Counted from the first letter of the stretch, positions 41,301 to 53,935 are shown. The stretch: 64,000 nt of DNA from Phoronis australis (GCA_002633005.1 NMRA01000022.1:679715-743714); one strand, 5' to 3'. Notes: generated by a model from the letters alone, not told the origin. A program made the numbers and translations.

Positions 41301-44300
41301 ACATTTAACTGACAATTGAATGTTAAAGCAAAAGGTAAAACCACACACTTTGGTTCATGTGCTAGGCCTATGTACGAAACATTTGAGTGAAACCAAAGAA
41401 ATTTAATGAATAAACGTAAACTAAATCCGCTACAGTAGATGACGAAATGATTTCAATTTAATTGAAAATAATTAAGAACGGATTTAAACGTTCAAAAAAT
41501 CCAGTTTAAGATAATGGCCGTGTGAGTGAAATGCTTGAGCAAAGGTTTTTGAAAAAATGCGTCGTTGCGAATATAGGCGCTCGTTTACTTCGTTAGTCAA
41601 CTCTAGTGGGTAATATCTTACTGATATTTGGCCAGTTATCCCTACATGTTACCTTATGAGAGTATTTTCAGTTAAAAACGTGACATTATCTTGCAATTTC
41701 AGGCATCAAAAGCAACACCAAGGACCTTTTTAACTGGGCTTCGTGATTTTTGTTGCTTCATTACTCGAAATGTTTTCAATCCCGATTTAAAACGGCTCTT
41801 TGCTGAACAATTTCTTGAGCGGGGTCACGTAATGTAGGCGATTTCTGTGAAATGTTGTTTTGGAGATCTAGGTGAGCCAACTTGCGATCGAGTCGGTCAC
41901 GCCATCTGGTATTTTCAAACGAAAAAAGCATCTAGTAAAAACAACCACCAAAAGCAATTCCAAGTGATGATTTCTCCTTTCGATAACCATGGTTCTTTTC
42001 TTCTGTTTCCCTTATTCGTAAATTGTCTCGTCGCGGAACTTTCTCTTGAGCGATCTCCACGACATTTTGTTTAGTAGTTCTTGGTAAGCCGATTCGCGTA
42101 CAAGCCGGTATCGTCACTAAATGACTACGCGCATATACGGTTTTCCAGAGTTGTCGAAACACTAATCATCGAAACTACCTCAAATTCTTAATTGCATCAC
42201 ATAGTATACCATATCTGACCAGTCCGTTTTACTCACCTAACTTCACATCCAACGTAAGTTTAAGGTCGACTATGTTCACTTACCGTGTGCCTTTTCACCA
42301 AAAAGTGTAAGAAAAGCCGTGAAGTTGAGCTGTCCTGGGCACTCGGCAAGCATCGCCTTGAGAGTTTCAACCTTGGGTTCCTGGCCTGGATTGTATAAAG
42401 TGCAAAGGCGTCAGCAGATGCAACCAAAGCTCAGGGATCTAAGCAAGGCTAGCAAGCACAGGAAAGCAGCCGAACTCTTTCGCGTGCAGACGAACAACTC
42501 GCGGGAAATATTTCACGGTTTGTACGGAACAGTGAGCATTGACTATGCCTGTGTCAGATAAGGATATCCACGATTGTATTTAGCAACATGATTTTCCATG
42601 TAGTTTTTGTGTCATACTAGTAAACTAAACACTGCCCGTTTCCACGAGCAACCATTCGTCCGCAGGCGAGAAGAAGCCAACTAGAGTCAGGCACTACAAC
42701 TACGCGACAGCGGCGACGGTTGGCTATACAGTCTTACCGCACAGCTTTTCTCCAAAAATCGTTAAAAACATTGTAAAATTAAGAGGCCCCGGCGCTTCCT
42801 TGACCATGTTAGCCAGGACATCGTCTGCGGGGATTCGACCTGAAACACACACACAGAGAGAAACACACACCAGTTAGACGGGAACACACCTAAACGACGT
42901 TTGGAGTGAATGCTACACGCAGCTCTCACTGAACAAATCACAGCTGTTAGGATAGTGGGATCAATGCTGGAACTTAAATCCGAAGGCAACCTTTTTTCAT
43001 GTCATTTTTAGCAAAAATAAGGTTCGTTGATTACCCAGACATATTTTTCACTTATTTACTGCTTTTCGTAATTTAATTAATTTCTCGTCGTCTACTCCGG
43101 AAGTGACGTTTTGGGAGGCAAGAATTTCGCGCCAATTTCTTTTCATATAGTCTGACTGTGAGAGCAGTCGAGTCAGTCATTGTGCTACTTCGGTTGTGAT
43201 AAGTTTGGTCGTCGTTTGCTTTTGCTTACGAGTCAGTCAACATGCCACGCTCTTGCTGCGTACTGGGGTGTACTCATTATCGTCTCACGTACAGAGGAAG
43301 AACTGTCCCACTTGCCCGAGTGTCCCGCGACACACTCCCACTGAAGGGTGATCTGAGCACCCAAACTGCTTACATTCCGCCGTGTGACTCCCTCGCCACA
43401 CACCTGGAATCTTCCAAATAGCTCCAATACAAGTCCACAATAAACTTATAAAACTTAGGCTCACCGATCTGTTCATTGGATGACGAACTGTCCTCTTCAC
43501 TGGGTGTCGAACTGGGCCTGTATTCACTCCCACTACTCAACATCGCTGCAGGGCTGCTTACAGGCTCTGGGCTAGAGACAACAGCACAGGGCGAATCACT
43601 GCTAGTTCCTGGAATTGCACGCAATGGAGTACGTTCGGAGGCACGGGTGACAGTAGATGAAGTGCCTCCAGTCACTGCATATAGTGGCCACAGCTCGCGA
43701 GGCTTCTCGCTTCAAAAACGCTTTTCTTGGGGTTGGCGACGACGCACTGCCGGGAATCAACAGCGACGGTATGGTACCCTTCTTCAGGCTTTGTTTCGCA
43801 GGGACCTTCATCAATTCAGCGTACATATCTGTCATAATCTGACGGCAGAAAATGCTTGCCACACACTCTGTAATCCTCTACTGCTTTGTACGTTGCGTGG
43901 ACGGGTAGCGCTGCGTTCTTCACATGAACGAGCTAGCCAAGTACGGCGAAGTGTGTCATCCCTCGGAAAGCGACGCAAGGTACCCAAAGCGTGTGTGAGA
44001 AGATAATGAGTACATCTCGGCACGCAGCAACAGCGTGGCATGTTGTCTGACTTGTAAACAAAAGCAAACGACGACCGAACTTATCACAACCAAGGTAGAA
44101 CAATGACTGACTCGACAGCTCTCACAGTCAGACTATAATGAAAAGAAATTGGCGCGAAACTCTTGCCTCCCAAAACGTCACTTCCAGAGTAGAGGACGAG
44201 AAATTAATCAAATTACGAAAAGCTGTAATTAAGTGAAAAATGTGTCTGGGATAATCAACGAACCTTATTTTTGCTAAAAGTGACATGAAAAAAGGTTGCT

Positions 44301-47300
44301 TTCGCCTTTAAGTATTGACTGCGATAGGAAATAATTTGGAGGACAACAGATCGGGCGTACATTCAGAGCAGTGACATCCAAAGGTGGGAGGTTATGTCGA
44401 TTCTGAATAACTATCACTGATATGAAAAGGTTACAAGTGGCCTTGGCAATTTCGCCAAGGAAGAGATGTGCAGTTATCAGATCACTAACCCGTTGGCTCA
44501 AAAACCTTACTACTGGAGGACACTATATTGTGAAATGAAAAAAGTGTACTGTCAACTTTTCAGTTTTAATTCACGTCGGTGTTTGATTATAAAGGGCGAG
44601 ATCTTAAGTTTGTACGTGAAATATTAGTCCCGAGTAAAGAAACAACCAACCATAAAGTACGGTAATACTTCCCCTAATTCGCACAAAAATAATTGCAGAC
44701 ATTGTAGTTTTCCAGTGTTCAAATGCCGGTTAGTTTGTTACAAATAAGTGAAACTGTACTAAATGTTATTTTATGACTTCTAAACAGTACAGCGATGCCA
44801 ATAAAAGACTATTTGCTTTTTCTTTGTTTTTCTTTTTGTGGAGAAACTAGACAAAATAGAATTCCCCCTGTGGCCACATTGTGTGATAAATTAGCGACGT
44901 AGTACCTTATTAACATACTCAAACCGTTTTCCAAGGATATCAAAGTCTCTCTCAGCTTGTGCAGAGCAGAATGGAGGTACTTATACGTCGAATGGAGGGT
45001 GACATGCAGGCACGGACAGGCCACACGGAACTGGCGGGATACTCAGGGGAAGTGCATTCAAGGAAGATAAAAATATTATCTCAATTTTTGATAAAATGCT
45101 ATTCTTTTCAGCGCTGCGTTTCGTAGAGCACGTTCCTTGCAAGAAAAGCGAGTGATTGCACTAGCTTTACTCGCGAGTGTCTTGCGTCTACGGAACGTGC
45201 CCAGTGTACACAGTTACAAGTACACGTATGACACTAGAAATGTCCAGACAACAGCAAATTGTGTCAAACAAAAGAAACGCCAAGGATTTCTGTTTTGAAT
45301 TGTTAGATTATTTTGGCGTATCAGTTGTTCGTAAAACCTTACCGCTATCTGTCGGTGCCACTCAAAACTTACCTAGTGAGGCGTACATGTCCTTCAGGTC
45401 TTCAACATCGATGAATCCATCCCTGTTTTGATCGATCATGGTAAAGGCCTATAAAAAGATTTTTCAAATTTTAAGGATTTTACAAAAATAACAGAAAGTC
45501 ACAACAGTAAAATCTCACCAACTTAGGACACAAATGAATTTTTTCATTCTATATCAAATATTTGTAGTCTTGTTCATTTGAAGTTCTGTACAATAGCTGT
45601 CATCACGCAATGATAGTTCTATACAATAACTGTCATCACGCAATGATAGTTCTATACAATAGCTGTCATCACGCAATGATAGTTCTATACAATAGCTGTC
45701 ATCACGCAATGATAATTCTATACAATAGCTGTCATCACGCAATGATAGTTCTACACAATAGCTGTCATCACGCAATGATAGTTCTGCACAATAGCTGTCA
45801 TCACGCAATGATATCATAAATTGTGAACATTCACAGCAATTTTTCAAAAATTGAAAAAGGTCAATATTGGCTATAATTCATGTCCGAAATTGGTGAGAGA
45901 ATAGTACAAATACAACAGGGGTAGCAAACTGTCAAGTTTACGAACTGTGTAAAGCAGCTTTCCGAACAGGCTTAAATTTCGAACGCAGTAGCACCCGAAC
46001 CACGGAACCATTGGTCTTGCAAGTGCTCAACCACTCTCCCAGAGCACAATGGATTTGGATCAGAAGAGTGATTCACATATCAGATTTCAACGTTCGGCAT
46101 GTCGATTTCTCCATTCGAAAAGCTGATTGATTCCACCCTGTACAAGCAACCTTTCACTGGAATCCGAGAACCACGTGTGTCTACATACGCACTTGTTACA
46201 GAGACTTGCAAATGATACATTCATAACAAAACTCTAGTTCTACATTCACTTCGTAAAACTACTACACGAGTATACATTTACAAACGTAGACTAAAACAAA
46301 AACATATTTTAAACAGCTAAGAAAAAATCATTGAATTAGTAACATATACAAAATACTAATCTTACAGAAAGAATATTTTCTAAACAATTTAGTTAAAATA
46401 ATCACGAAAAACTCATGTTTAAATATCTGGTCGAATTAATTCGCTTTCTCATTGTTGAATTTTCAGTATCTCACCAAAAAATACAATGAAAACGCTCTGA
46501 GTAGCGACACTAGGCGAAATCAAATAAAAATTTATAAGTAAGGTCGACGACGAAACCAAGAACATCAACAACTACGATCCCGACGCCTAATACAGCAACA
46601 TACAGTAAGTGATAAACCGGTAAAAGAACAGCGAGGAATCAGTCAATAAAATACATCAAATCAGGAATACTTGAATAAGTCGAGAGTGCTACGTGTAACT
46701 GGTAGCGAGAAACCTATCACACACTGCAGATAGCCCCTCAGGAGATTTATTAAAATACACAATATTGCGAAGATTCGGTCAAAGAGGATTCGGCCAAAGG
46801 ATGGCAGAGCAGGAGCTACGCAAACATTGGGAAAATGGCCGTCACAGTGCCATCTTGCGTCCCATTGCGCCCAAAAACAAAACAAAAACTTCGAGCTATT
46901 GACCAGATAAATACTGTGCGTAAATTTCCTATTGATCAAACGAAAAAATGTCCTTTCTAGCACAAATATGATAGGCCAACAAAGTGCAGCAAGAAATAAG
47001 TCAATAAAAAAACAGTCATCTAAACAGTAAATCTCGAATATCTCGATAACGCTAAGTCGTACAGAGAAACGGCTTTCACGGGGCTGATGTTGCTTGAAAA
47101 GATCTATCCACATACCAAATTTCAGACAGGCCCGTCAAGGGCACAAAAGCTCCATTAATTCGAGAGCAGTCCTCACAAAATCTCGAATAACTCTAGAACG
47201 GTACGTCCTAGAGAGAAACAAAAGCATATTTCCCCATAGCCTGTGAAATGGTCTATCCAAAGAAAACCCTATCAAAAAATCCCTCCAGAAACAGCGGGAC

Positions 47301-50300
47301 GGTGGCTCCTCAAACCAACACAACGTCACCTTGCGTTCGATTTCACAATAAGCTTCGAGCTATTCATGAAACACAGCCTCATCGGATAGGAAATGCGACC
47401 TGTAGCGTGCGAACAAAGGAACAAACAAAAACAAAACAAAAAGTTTACCGGCGACAAAGCAAAAGACTTGGAAAAATTCCATTTCACCAAGTAATACAAT
47501 TCAAAAACGATAATTACAAGGATAATGAAACACTCCACACGTCATGCACGTTTCTTGAGTTTAACTTATGAAAACACCTTTACAGTGCGAATGCCAAACA
47601 CTAAAAAAACACGTGGGACATACGGTTAGATGAGAGACCATATTCGCACTTAACAAACGTCATGCAAAATATCTCCAGAAATATATTAAGAATTATCAGT
47701 AAATAGGTTTTCGAAAAGTTCCCCATTAATTTGTGAGACAACGAATACGAAACAGATGAAAAACACAAACTGGAACTATAGTTCAACCGATTCAACATGC
47801 GCATTCAACAAGTCACGTGATGTCATTCGACAACCATAGATCATTTTGAAGAAGTGTATGCAAAGGATCCTATCGGTTATAAAAGTGTCCCCTTCAGTCA
47901 AGACTCGCCAAAGGTTAAAGCGACAATGAATCTGCCTTCCATGTTAAGAAAAGACAAGTTTTGATTCAGACCCCTTACCGTTACAAAATTGGTCCTAAAT
48001 TGTTCCTTAATGAAAATGGAGTTGATTTCTGTGTATCGAAAGAACTGGCAGTTCGTTATTGCACGAGACCAACCTCTATACGTTGGCTTGTCACGGAGTG
48101 TCATTTTATGCACAGGAATATGTTTCAAGGAAAAACGAATTGTCAGTTCCTTGTAAACCCAGAAATCACTTCTCATCTGAACAAAGAACAAGTTGCGACC
48201 AATTTCGAAGAAGTGAGTGGTCTGAAACAAAAGTTTGCAATTGGACGGAACGCGGGTTCATAACCGCTTTGAGAAAAACAAAGACCATATTAGTTGGGAA
48301 GTGATGCGACGCAATAACATGGGCATCAGCTGACAGATTGCAATGTTCAAGTGACGTAACATCAAATTTTTTGGGGGGTGGTAACGAGAATTCATATGAA
48401 AAGAGTGCCGAGAGATGAAAAAAATGTAAATAGGAGATTTCTTTAGGCAGGGTGGTGACGCGAATCAACGCAAAAATCGAACTTCGAGAAGGATATATCC
48501 GTCACATCTGAAGGAACTATCGTTTTTGTGCCCAAATCGTTCAAATTTTGGCATTTCAAAGAAATACTAAACAAGAAAACTTATTTCATTATCAGCTTTT
48601 TCGAAATGGTGTCGCAATGTTAAGATGTGAGATTTAAATTTTCTCTCGAATTTAATGGCTGCTGTTTCTACAATCAGTAGTGTTCATTCTCAAGTCACAC
48701 GAGTTGCGATTTACACATCGAACTGATTCAAAGCTAAAGCAAGAGCACAATTTGACAGGAAATGCATTGCTGCCATACTACTTGATTCAAACAGTCCCAA
48801 CAATGGCAACAAAACAAGAGGCACTTTCATGAAAGGAACGATTACAACTTTCCAATTGTTAGGCCACAGCTTTAGAAACAGTTCGACGAGTAGAGCGCAC
48901 TGAAGGCAGCCCCATGAGTGGATAGTGTTAAGCGTCACGTGACAGGCGTCATAGGGTGAGGTAACAACCACGGCAAGCAGCCACGGGCGGCAAGCAGCCA
49001 TGGGTGGTGTCGACACACTTTACCTCCTTGAATTCCTGTATCTGCGCTTGTGGGAACATACCCAGCACATTTTTTGATTTTCTTCCCTATTTTCGGCATA
49101 TGTATAAAATTATTAACACCATACTTATAACAACAGTATTGTACCGCCATGTTCAATTACCATCGTTGCTTCAGTAAAGATATTATATTGACCATCTTAC
49201 ACCACAGTCCAAATGCTCAAGTCCAAATGCTCAAGTCCAAATGTCGAAACAATTCATATGAAAAGTATTTCATCGAACATCATCTGGGATTTTTATGAAA
49301 AGTGGACGTGGTGGCAGACACGGCATGAAAAGCAGACGATGGTTTCTGATATTTGCGGTTGAACAAACCTCTTTAAATTCCTGGATCTCGGACTGTTTAA
49401 ACATTGAAAAAACATTCGAGGTAGCCCGCTGAGCGCGTTTTGGCTCCTTCGCTCGCTTAGCTGCCTGTAAATAGTCCGACAGAAAAACAACCACGATGAA
49501 ATCACAATTCACAACATGGCCGCATAACACTCGGGTCTTTCGCATCTTCTTATCAATTGGTAGTCCGCTGTCACGCACAGAATGTGGTCACGTATCATGC
49601 TAATCTGTGCCCCTGCATCTACAACTAATCATACCTTCATTCGAGAGCAGCGTCGACTCAGTGTCCTACAAAGCAAAAGACGCCCATGCTTTTTAGTGAC
49701 TTTTTTACCTCCTTCAATTCTTGGATTTCTTGCTGTTTAAACATAGAGAATACGTTCGACTGCCTTCCGCTGCGTTTCGATTCTTTCGGTTCACCACCAT
49801 CATCAGCCTCGGTGTCCTTGGCCTTTGCAGCGTCACCACGCTCTCTAGCGGCTCTGCTTGCTCGACTCGCCTGCATAAATACCGAAGGTACCCAGTTGCA
49901 AACTTTTGGGTTACTGACAACATTCTAATCGCTATAATATGTATTATAGTTATTTGAATTCCCAAACCCATACTTTCAGTGTATGGGCAATATTTATACA
50001 AATTCTACCATTTACAATTTATTCCTAAATGTCTAAACTTGAACTTTAAGTTCTTAGGCAGACCTTTTCAATAATCTGCCTGAAGTTTCATTTCACCTCG
50101 ACACGGAATCTACAATACAACACCATTACTAGTCTACGAGTTTACCATTCCTTAAGTAAGTCAGAGCCAACATTTTATAAATAATCCCTCCCATTATTCA
50201 GCCTGTTTGTTCAATCCCGCATGACAGTAGCGTGTGTATTCTAATAACACCTCGTCTTTGTTGACATTTTCTCTTAATATTTACACAAACAATATAAGTG

Positions 50301-53162
50301 TCCTAAATTTCCGCGAGAAGGATCACGAACGCCGTGGTCGTTTCATGTTTGCAGGTAGGGATGAAAGGACACAACGGAAATTCGTTAAAACTCCTCCATT
50401 TTCGCATCATGGGGAATCACAACGGCGACATGCAACTGTACCACTAGCTTACTTTCAATAAACAAAAAAGTAAACCAGAAAAAAGTCTCAGTGTGAGGTT
50501 TCTCTAATAGTATGACCACGGTTTAAGTGAAAGCACTCTTGAATTATGTTGCCCGAAAGATGAAAATTATTTTGGCTGAACGATGACAGTTATTGTGGCT
50601 GAAGTGGTCCATCGTTCTACTAATCAATGGATATCTGTCTGGCTGGGGTTCAATCCCAGTGTTTTCTCTGCTATAATTGTCTTCACATCTCGCAATTTCG
50701 CCGCACTGTGCGCCCTTAGTTCATGTTCATTGTTTTGATACACTCCAGGGTGCCATCAACAAGTGTTTCTATGGCAACGAGATTAGAAAAATTTCTGACA
50801 TAATAGAGTGAAAGCGAATCTTACAATTTTAGTTCCATTAGATGGTCATATACGACAGTTATTGGTGGAAAGCGATGGTCGAAACAAAGTAGAAGTTAAC
50901 ACTGTTGGAGAAAAAAGCAGTGGTTGATAATATTCACAATTTTATGAATATCTCAGGAGCAGGGTTCGACTCTAATACCACAAATTAGCTGAAGCTGATA
51001 AGGAATCATTATAGCCGAAGGATTAATTAATGGATTTGATGCCCAGTTGCGCATATGTGTATACCGTAGAAACTGATTTACGGGCCATCATTGAGATCCA
51101 ACCGCGCGGTATAAGTGGTGTGTTGCCTCCCGCAACTCGGCTGTTTCCTACACCCTTCTTTGCAGCCACGCCCAATTATTCGGACCCACTGAAGAGTGTT
51201 TCCCAAGGACATTGGCGATTTAAAAGCAAACCCTGACTGAAGGGTGCTTGCCAACTCAAACCCAAGCCACTATGTTTAAAAAAAGTACAACGTTCTTGCT
51301 CACTCCCAACAAGTAACACGAAGATGCGACAATGTTAAATTCATTTCGATATATTGCACGATTCTTAAACATTTGTCTAAATCCCCATCTGCAAACAAGC
51401 CTTCCGTATCGCACTACAGTTCAGTTCATTACTGCTAAAACTCACCATTACTACCGGAACTCAACTTGATCGTCTAAAGAACCTTCGCACAGAAACTCAA
51501 CGCGTGAGAACGACCGTCTTAAATATTCCTTGAGCAGGCTCCTTGTGTTCTCGGGCTCTAACTCTCCTTGGTGGCTTTATACCATTTAAGGTCGAACCAT
51601 GACAATAACTATTGTTTGTCCAACTTCTAAGAGCTTCTTTTTAAGGACGACGAGTCCACTAGCTTCTACAGGGGTGTGAGACAACTTATCGCGTGAAAAT
51701 GAAAAACGGAAATAAAAATTTAAGTAACATGTAACAACTCTTTTCATTAGATGTTTGTTTATATAAATGGTTGTTATTTTCTTCTATCTTCGTAATGATT
51801 GACCGGGAATTCTTAACCGATAAAAGTATTTGAGTCCCATGCATTCCAATAATGCCAGTGGCTAATTACGCCGGAGTTGGCAGAAAGCACTTGTGAGTAC
51901 ATCTTCAACGAAGAACTGTGAATCTACATATTTTGTGCGATCACTCAAAGGCATTTGAAAATAAATTAATGGATATGGAAATTTAAATCAATTAATTAAT
52001 TCGCCCAGTCTAAGTCATTGAAGCAACTTAAAAGAGCATATTTCAAAACAAAAAGCCAAAGGAAAAGCACAACATCAACACAACATCTGAATCTGAAAAC
52101 AAAGAAAAGCGAATAAATTAGAATTAAGCTAAGGGGAAAATGTTTGTTAGTTCAGTTTTCACTAAACGTGCATTTCCTGAATGACCACCAGGTGGCAGGG
52201 CAGGTCTCAGTTGGCCTCTTATAACTCAGAGACTGGTTACAATCCGTCAGCAATGCTGTTTAAGAGATATTCGAGAACGCAAATCCAAAATGGTAAAAAA
52301 CTGAACACCAAATACCATTGCCACCTGGCGGACATAGTTGGAACTCATAATAACGTGGCTTGCAACGGTCGTGCCGTATACGGAGTAACAGTTATTATGA
52401 TTCTTTGTTCATAAAATTTTATGTAACAAATCATAATCCACCACACATAGTTCAGGTTGTGCATAGTTAATACCACAACCTCTGATGAGAAATATCGTCA
52501 AGCAGCGGGTTTTTTTTTGTTCCGACTCTCAACATAAGAAATCCTTTCACTTCTCAAATCTGTATTATGTGAATGACAACCACATCATTTCATGTCTCCA
52601 TTGTCCACCATCAACAGATTTAGAGAAATTACCCAATTACTTCTAAGCACTACGGCTAAATAGCCATTAGTCCACTCGTTAGGAAGACTATCATACTTTC
52701 TCATCGGAGGTTCTAATATTAGTCCAGCTCGGATTCCGTTCCTGTCACGTATCCTCGAAAGAAGGCGTAATTCAACACAGGAATCTATAACAGGTGCACA
52801 TAGGATAAAACATTTGAAAACACCAGACAAGCATGAAGATAAAAAGATGTACAGAGAAATCACGCCCATTGGCTTAAAAATGACAGCAACACAGCAAATG
52901 AAAAGCACAGTACACAAATGCGAAAAATATTTACAGAAACGAAACTATTTAGAACTTGGTAAATATAACAAATAACACGTGCATTTTAACACTATGAACT
53001 GAAAATTAGGCAAAAATTCTTGGAAACGTTTACATGACGACGTGGACGTATCTATTTCAATTTTAATTTGAAACTCGCCACACACTTCAGCACTTAGTTA
53101 ATTTTCGACTAACAAATAACAGATGAAAATTGACCAAGGAGTTAGCTTACCTCTTCTGCCAT
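35217..53162 (-). CDS. Myosin regulatory light chain (MLC2/MYL9/sqh family), alternatively spliced gene
   Basis: Assembled exons give a complete RLC: RATSNVF...QEFKE|[18 protein letters not shown]|...[14 protein letters not shown]|GTDPE..NAF|..DLL...GD.FTKEE|..WKEAP. Splice phases (0,0,1,1,2,0) are consistent across all alternatives. Confidence 0.95.
35728..35776 (-). CDS. MRLC exon 6b
   Basis: cag|[16 protein letters not shown]|gtaaag; 49 nt. Confidence 0.92.
36935..37013 (-). CDS. MRLC exon 5b
   Basis: cag|[27 protein letters not shown]|gtaagt; 79 nt. Confidence 0.92.
38837..38932 (-). CDS. MRLC terminal exon 7a
   Basis: cag|[31 protein letters not shown]; candidate AATAAA at 38081-38076. 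Confidence 0.9.
   Translation of the reverse strand: MRQTWKEAPISAGKFDYVAMVKLLKGQQDEQ
39105..39153 (-). CDS. MRLC exon 6a
   Basis: cag|[16 protein letters not shown]|gtaagc; 49 nt. Confidence 0.92.
39285..39785 (-). mobile_element. 3' fragment of a non-LTR retrotransposon
   Basis: [18 protein letters not shown] is a LINE C-terminal CCHC knuckle, followed by a (CAA)n-like tail. Confidence 0.6.
39789..41040 (+). mobile_element. Non-autonomous Helentron/DINE-1-like element with internal tandem repeats
   Basis: Starts aacaagag. The subTIR atgcgcccac pairs with the 3' gtgggagcat. It also has a (GACG)n microsatellite, a 3' hairpin and about three 400-bp higher-order units. The same 3' end recurs at about 18510-18552. 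Confidence 0.75.
41155..41233 (-). CDS. MRLC exon 5a
   Basis: cag|[27 protein letters not shown]|gtgagt; 79 nt. Confidence 0.92.
42284..42385 (-). CDS. MRLC alternative exon 4b
   Basis: cag|[35 protein letters not shown]|gtaagt; 102 nt, same length and phase as 4a. Confidence 0.92.
42738..42839 (-). CDS. MRLC alternative exon 4a
   Basis: cag|[35 protein letters not shown]|gtaaga; 102 nt. Confidence 0.92.
42978..44307 (-). mobile_element. Kolobok-like element: TTAA TSD, about 315-bp TIRs, frameshifted THAP-transposase fragment
   Basis: [18 protein letters not shown] / RVCGKHF / LKKGTIPSL (THAP, in shifted frames), then [11 protein letters not shown]...[12 protein letters not shown]. Confidence 0.85.
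45373..45448 (-). CDS. MRLC exon 3 (only shared exon; EF-hand 1 metal-binding loop)
   Basis: tag|[26 protein letters not shown]|gtaagt; 76 nt. Confidence 0.95.
45583..45813. repeat. 33-bp minisatellite, about 7 copies
   Basis: Unit caatagctgtcatcacgcaatgatagttctata, contiguous with no spacers. Confidence 0.95.
46400..48300 (+). mobile_element. Heavily decayed L1/Tx1-like LINE
   Basis: A-rich plus strand with colinear degenerate motifs: NQEYLNK (like DQEKAFD), RGFGQ (like RGVRQG), PHRIGNATC and [13 protein letters not shown] (like the CCHC knuckle). Many stops and frameshifts. Confidence 0.4.
49024..49086 (-). CDS. MRLC alternative exon 2c (21 aa, short, no RATSNV motif)
   Basis: tag|[21 protein letters not shown]|gtaaag; not shown in this frame in the ORF track. 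Confidence 0.85.
49369..49464 (-). CDS. MRLC alternative exon 2b (32 aa, canonical MLCK/ROCK site)
   Basis: cag|[32 protein letters not shown]|gtttgt. Confidence 0.92.
49709..49870 (-). CDS. MRLC alternative exon 2a (54 aa, long charged N-terminal extension)
   Basis: cag|[54 protein letters not shown]|gtaaaa. Confidence 0.88.
51446..51448 (-). CDS. MRLC start option 1b: first exon ending in ATG
   Basis: GTAGTA ATG|gtgagt. An ATG-only first coding exon is typical of myosin light chain genes. TATA and CArG lie about 130 nt upstream. Confidence 0.7.
51576..51591 (-). promoter_or_regulatory. TATA box abutting a perfect CArG (SRF) box, MRLC proximal promoter
   Basis: Minus strand reads CCTTAAATGG-TATAAA. 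Confidence 0.6.
53151..53162 (-). CDS. MRLC start option 1a: 17-nt microexon (53167-53151) encoding MAEE
   Basis: tcttttcag|AAACA ATG GCA GAA GAG|gtaagc; phase 0, compatible with all exon-2 variants. Confidence 0.75.
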
Positions 53163-53935
53163 TGTTTCTGAAAAGACAGAAACACAATTAAAGCGGTATG
53201 CGGTGTAGATAAATGTTACTTGAAGACGTCACGATGGTTTGAGGATGGATTGTTAAATGAAGCATAACTACCAATGGATATGTCAGTTGACGGACTGTTA
53301 ACGGCCTAGATCATCTAAGACTGTAAACATTTTCAATGCAACAGAGAGAGCAGGCGTATTTTGAAAAACAAAACAGCGGGAAAATATGAGGAAAGAGTCG
53401 GGAGTTCATTGGGACAGGATGTAAATGACGTCAGCACAGTGACCCACTAATTAAAAACATATGGGTTCAACTTTCAAACAGAACGGTTATATAAAATTGT
53501 GCTTTCACACAATAACATATGGAGAGAAATGTGAACAGCCATAAAATTTGTAGATAGTTGCACACACTCCTCAGCACGATCCATTTACGTAACTAACGTA
53601 AGAGATGTACTAGTTGACTCGTTCTGTCAAGTGGCGTCCACGGACGGTACGGTTCGTCTAACTATTTAAACAACCATGTCGTTCCCGATATTAACAGTTC
53701 AGGCTTAACCCAGTTCAGTTTTACAGAAACACGTGCAATCATAAAAGTGACGGTCAGCTATACACACCCTATGACCGGAACTATAGTCACCTACGTAGAA
53801 ACTACAGCTAATCCAGTTCGTGATCACATTTAAATGCTGCACTGATTTTTCTAGAAAGGGAAAATTGTATCCTGGATACCGTTCAAGTTCAACAATTCCG
53901 TAAATAAATGAGAAAGTCAATAAAACTTCACTTAC

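Noticed and set aside
45583-45813. CRISPR-like 33-bp repeats and the [11 protein letters not shown] repeat ORF
   Set aside because: The units are contiguous with no spacers and no cas genes, in a eukaryotic intron. The ORF is a by-product of the 33-bp period.
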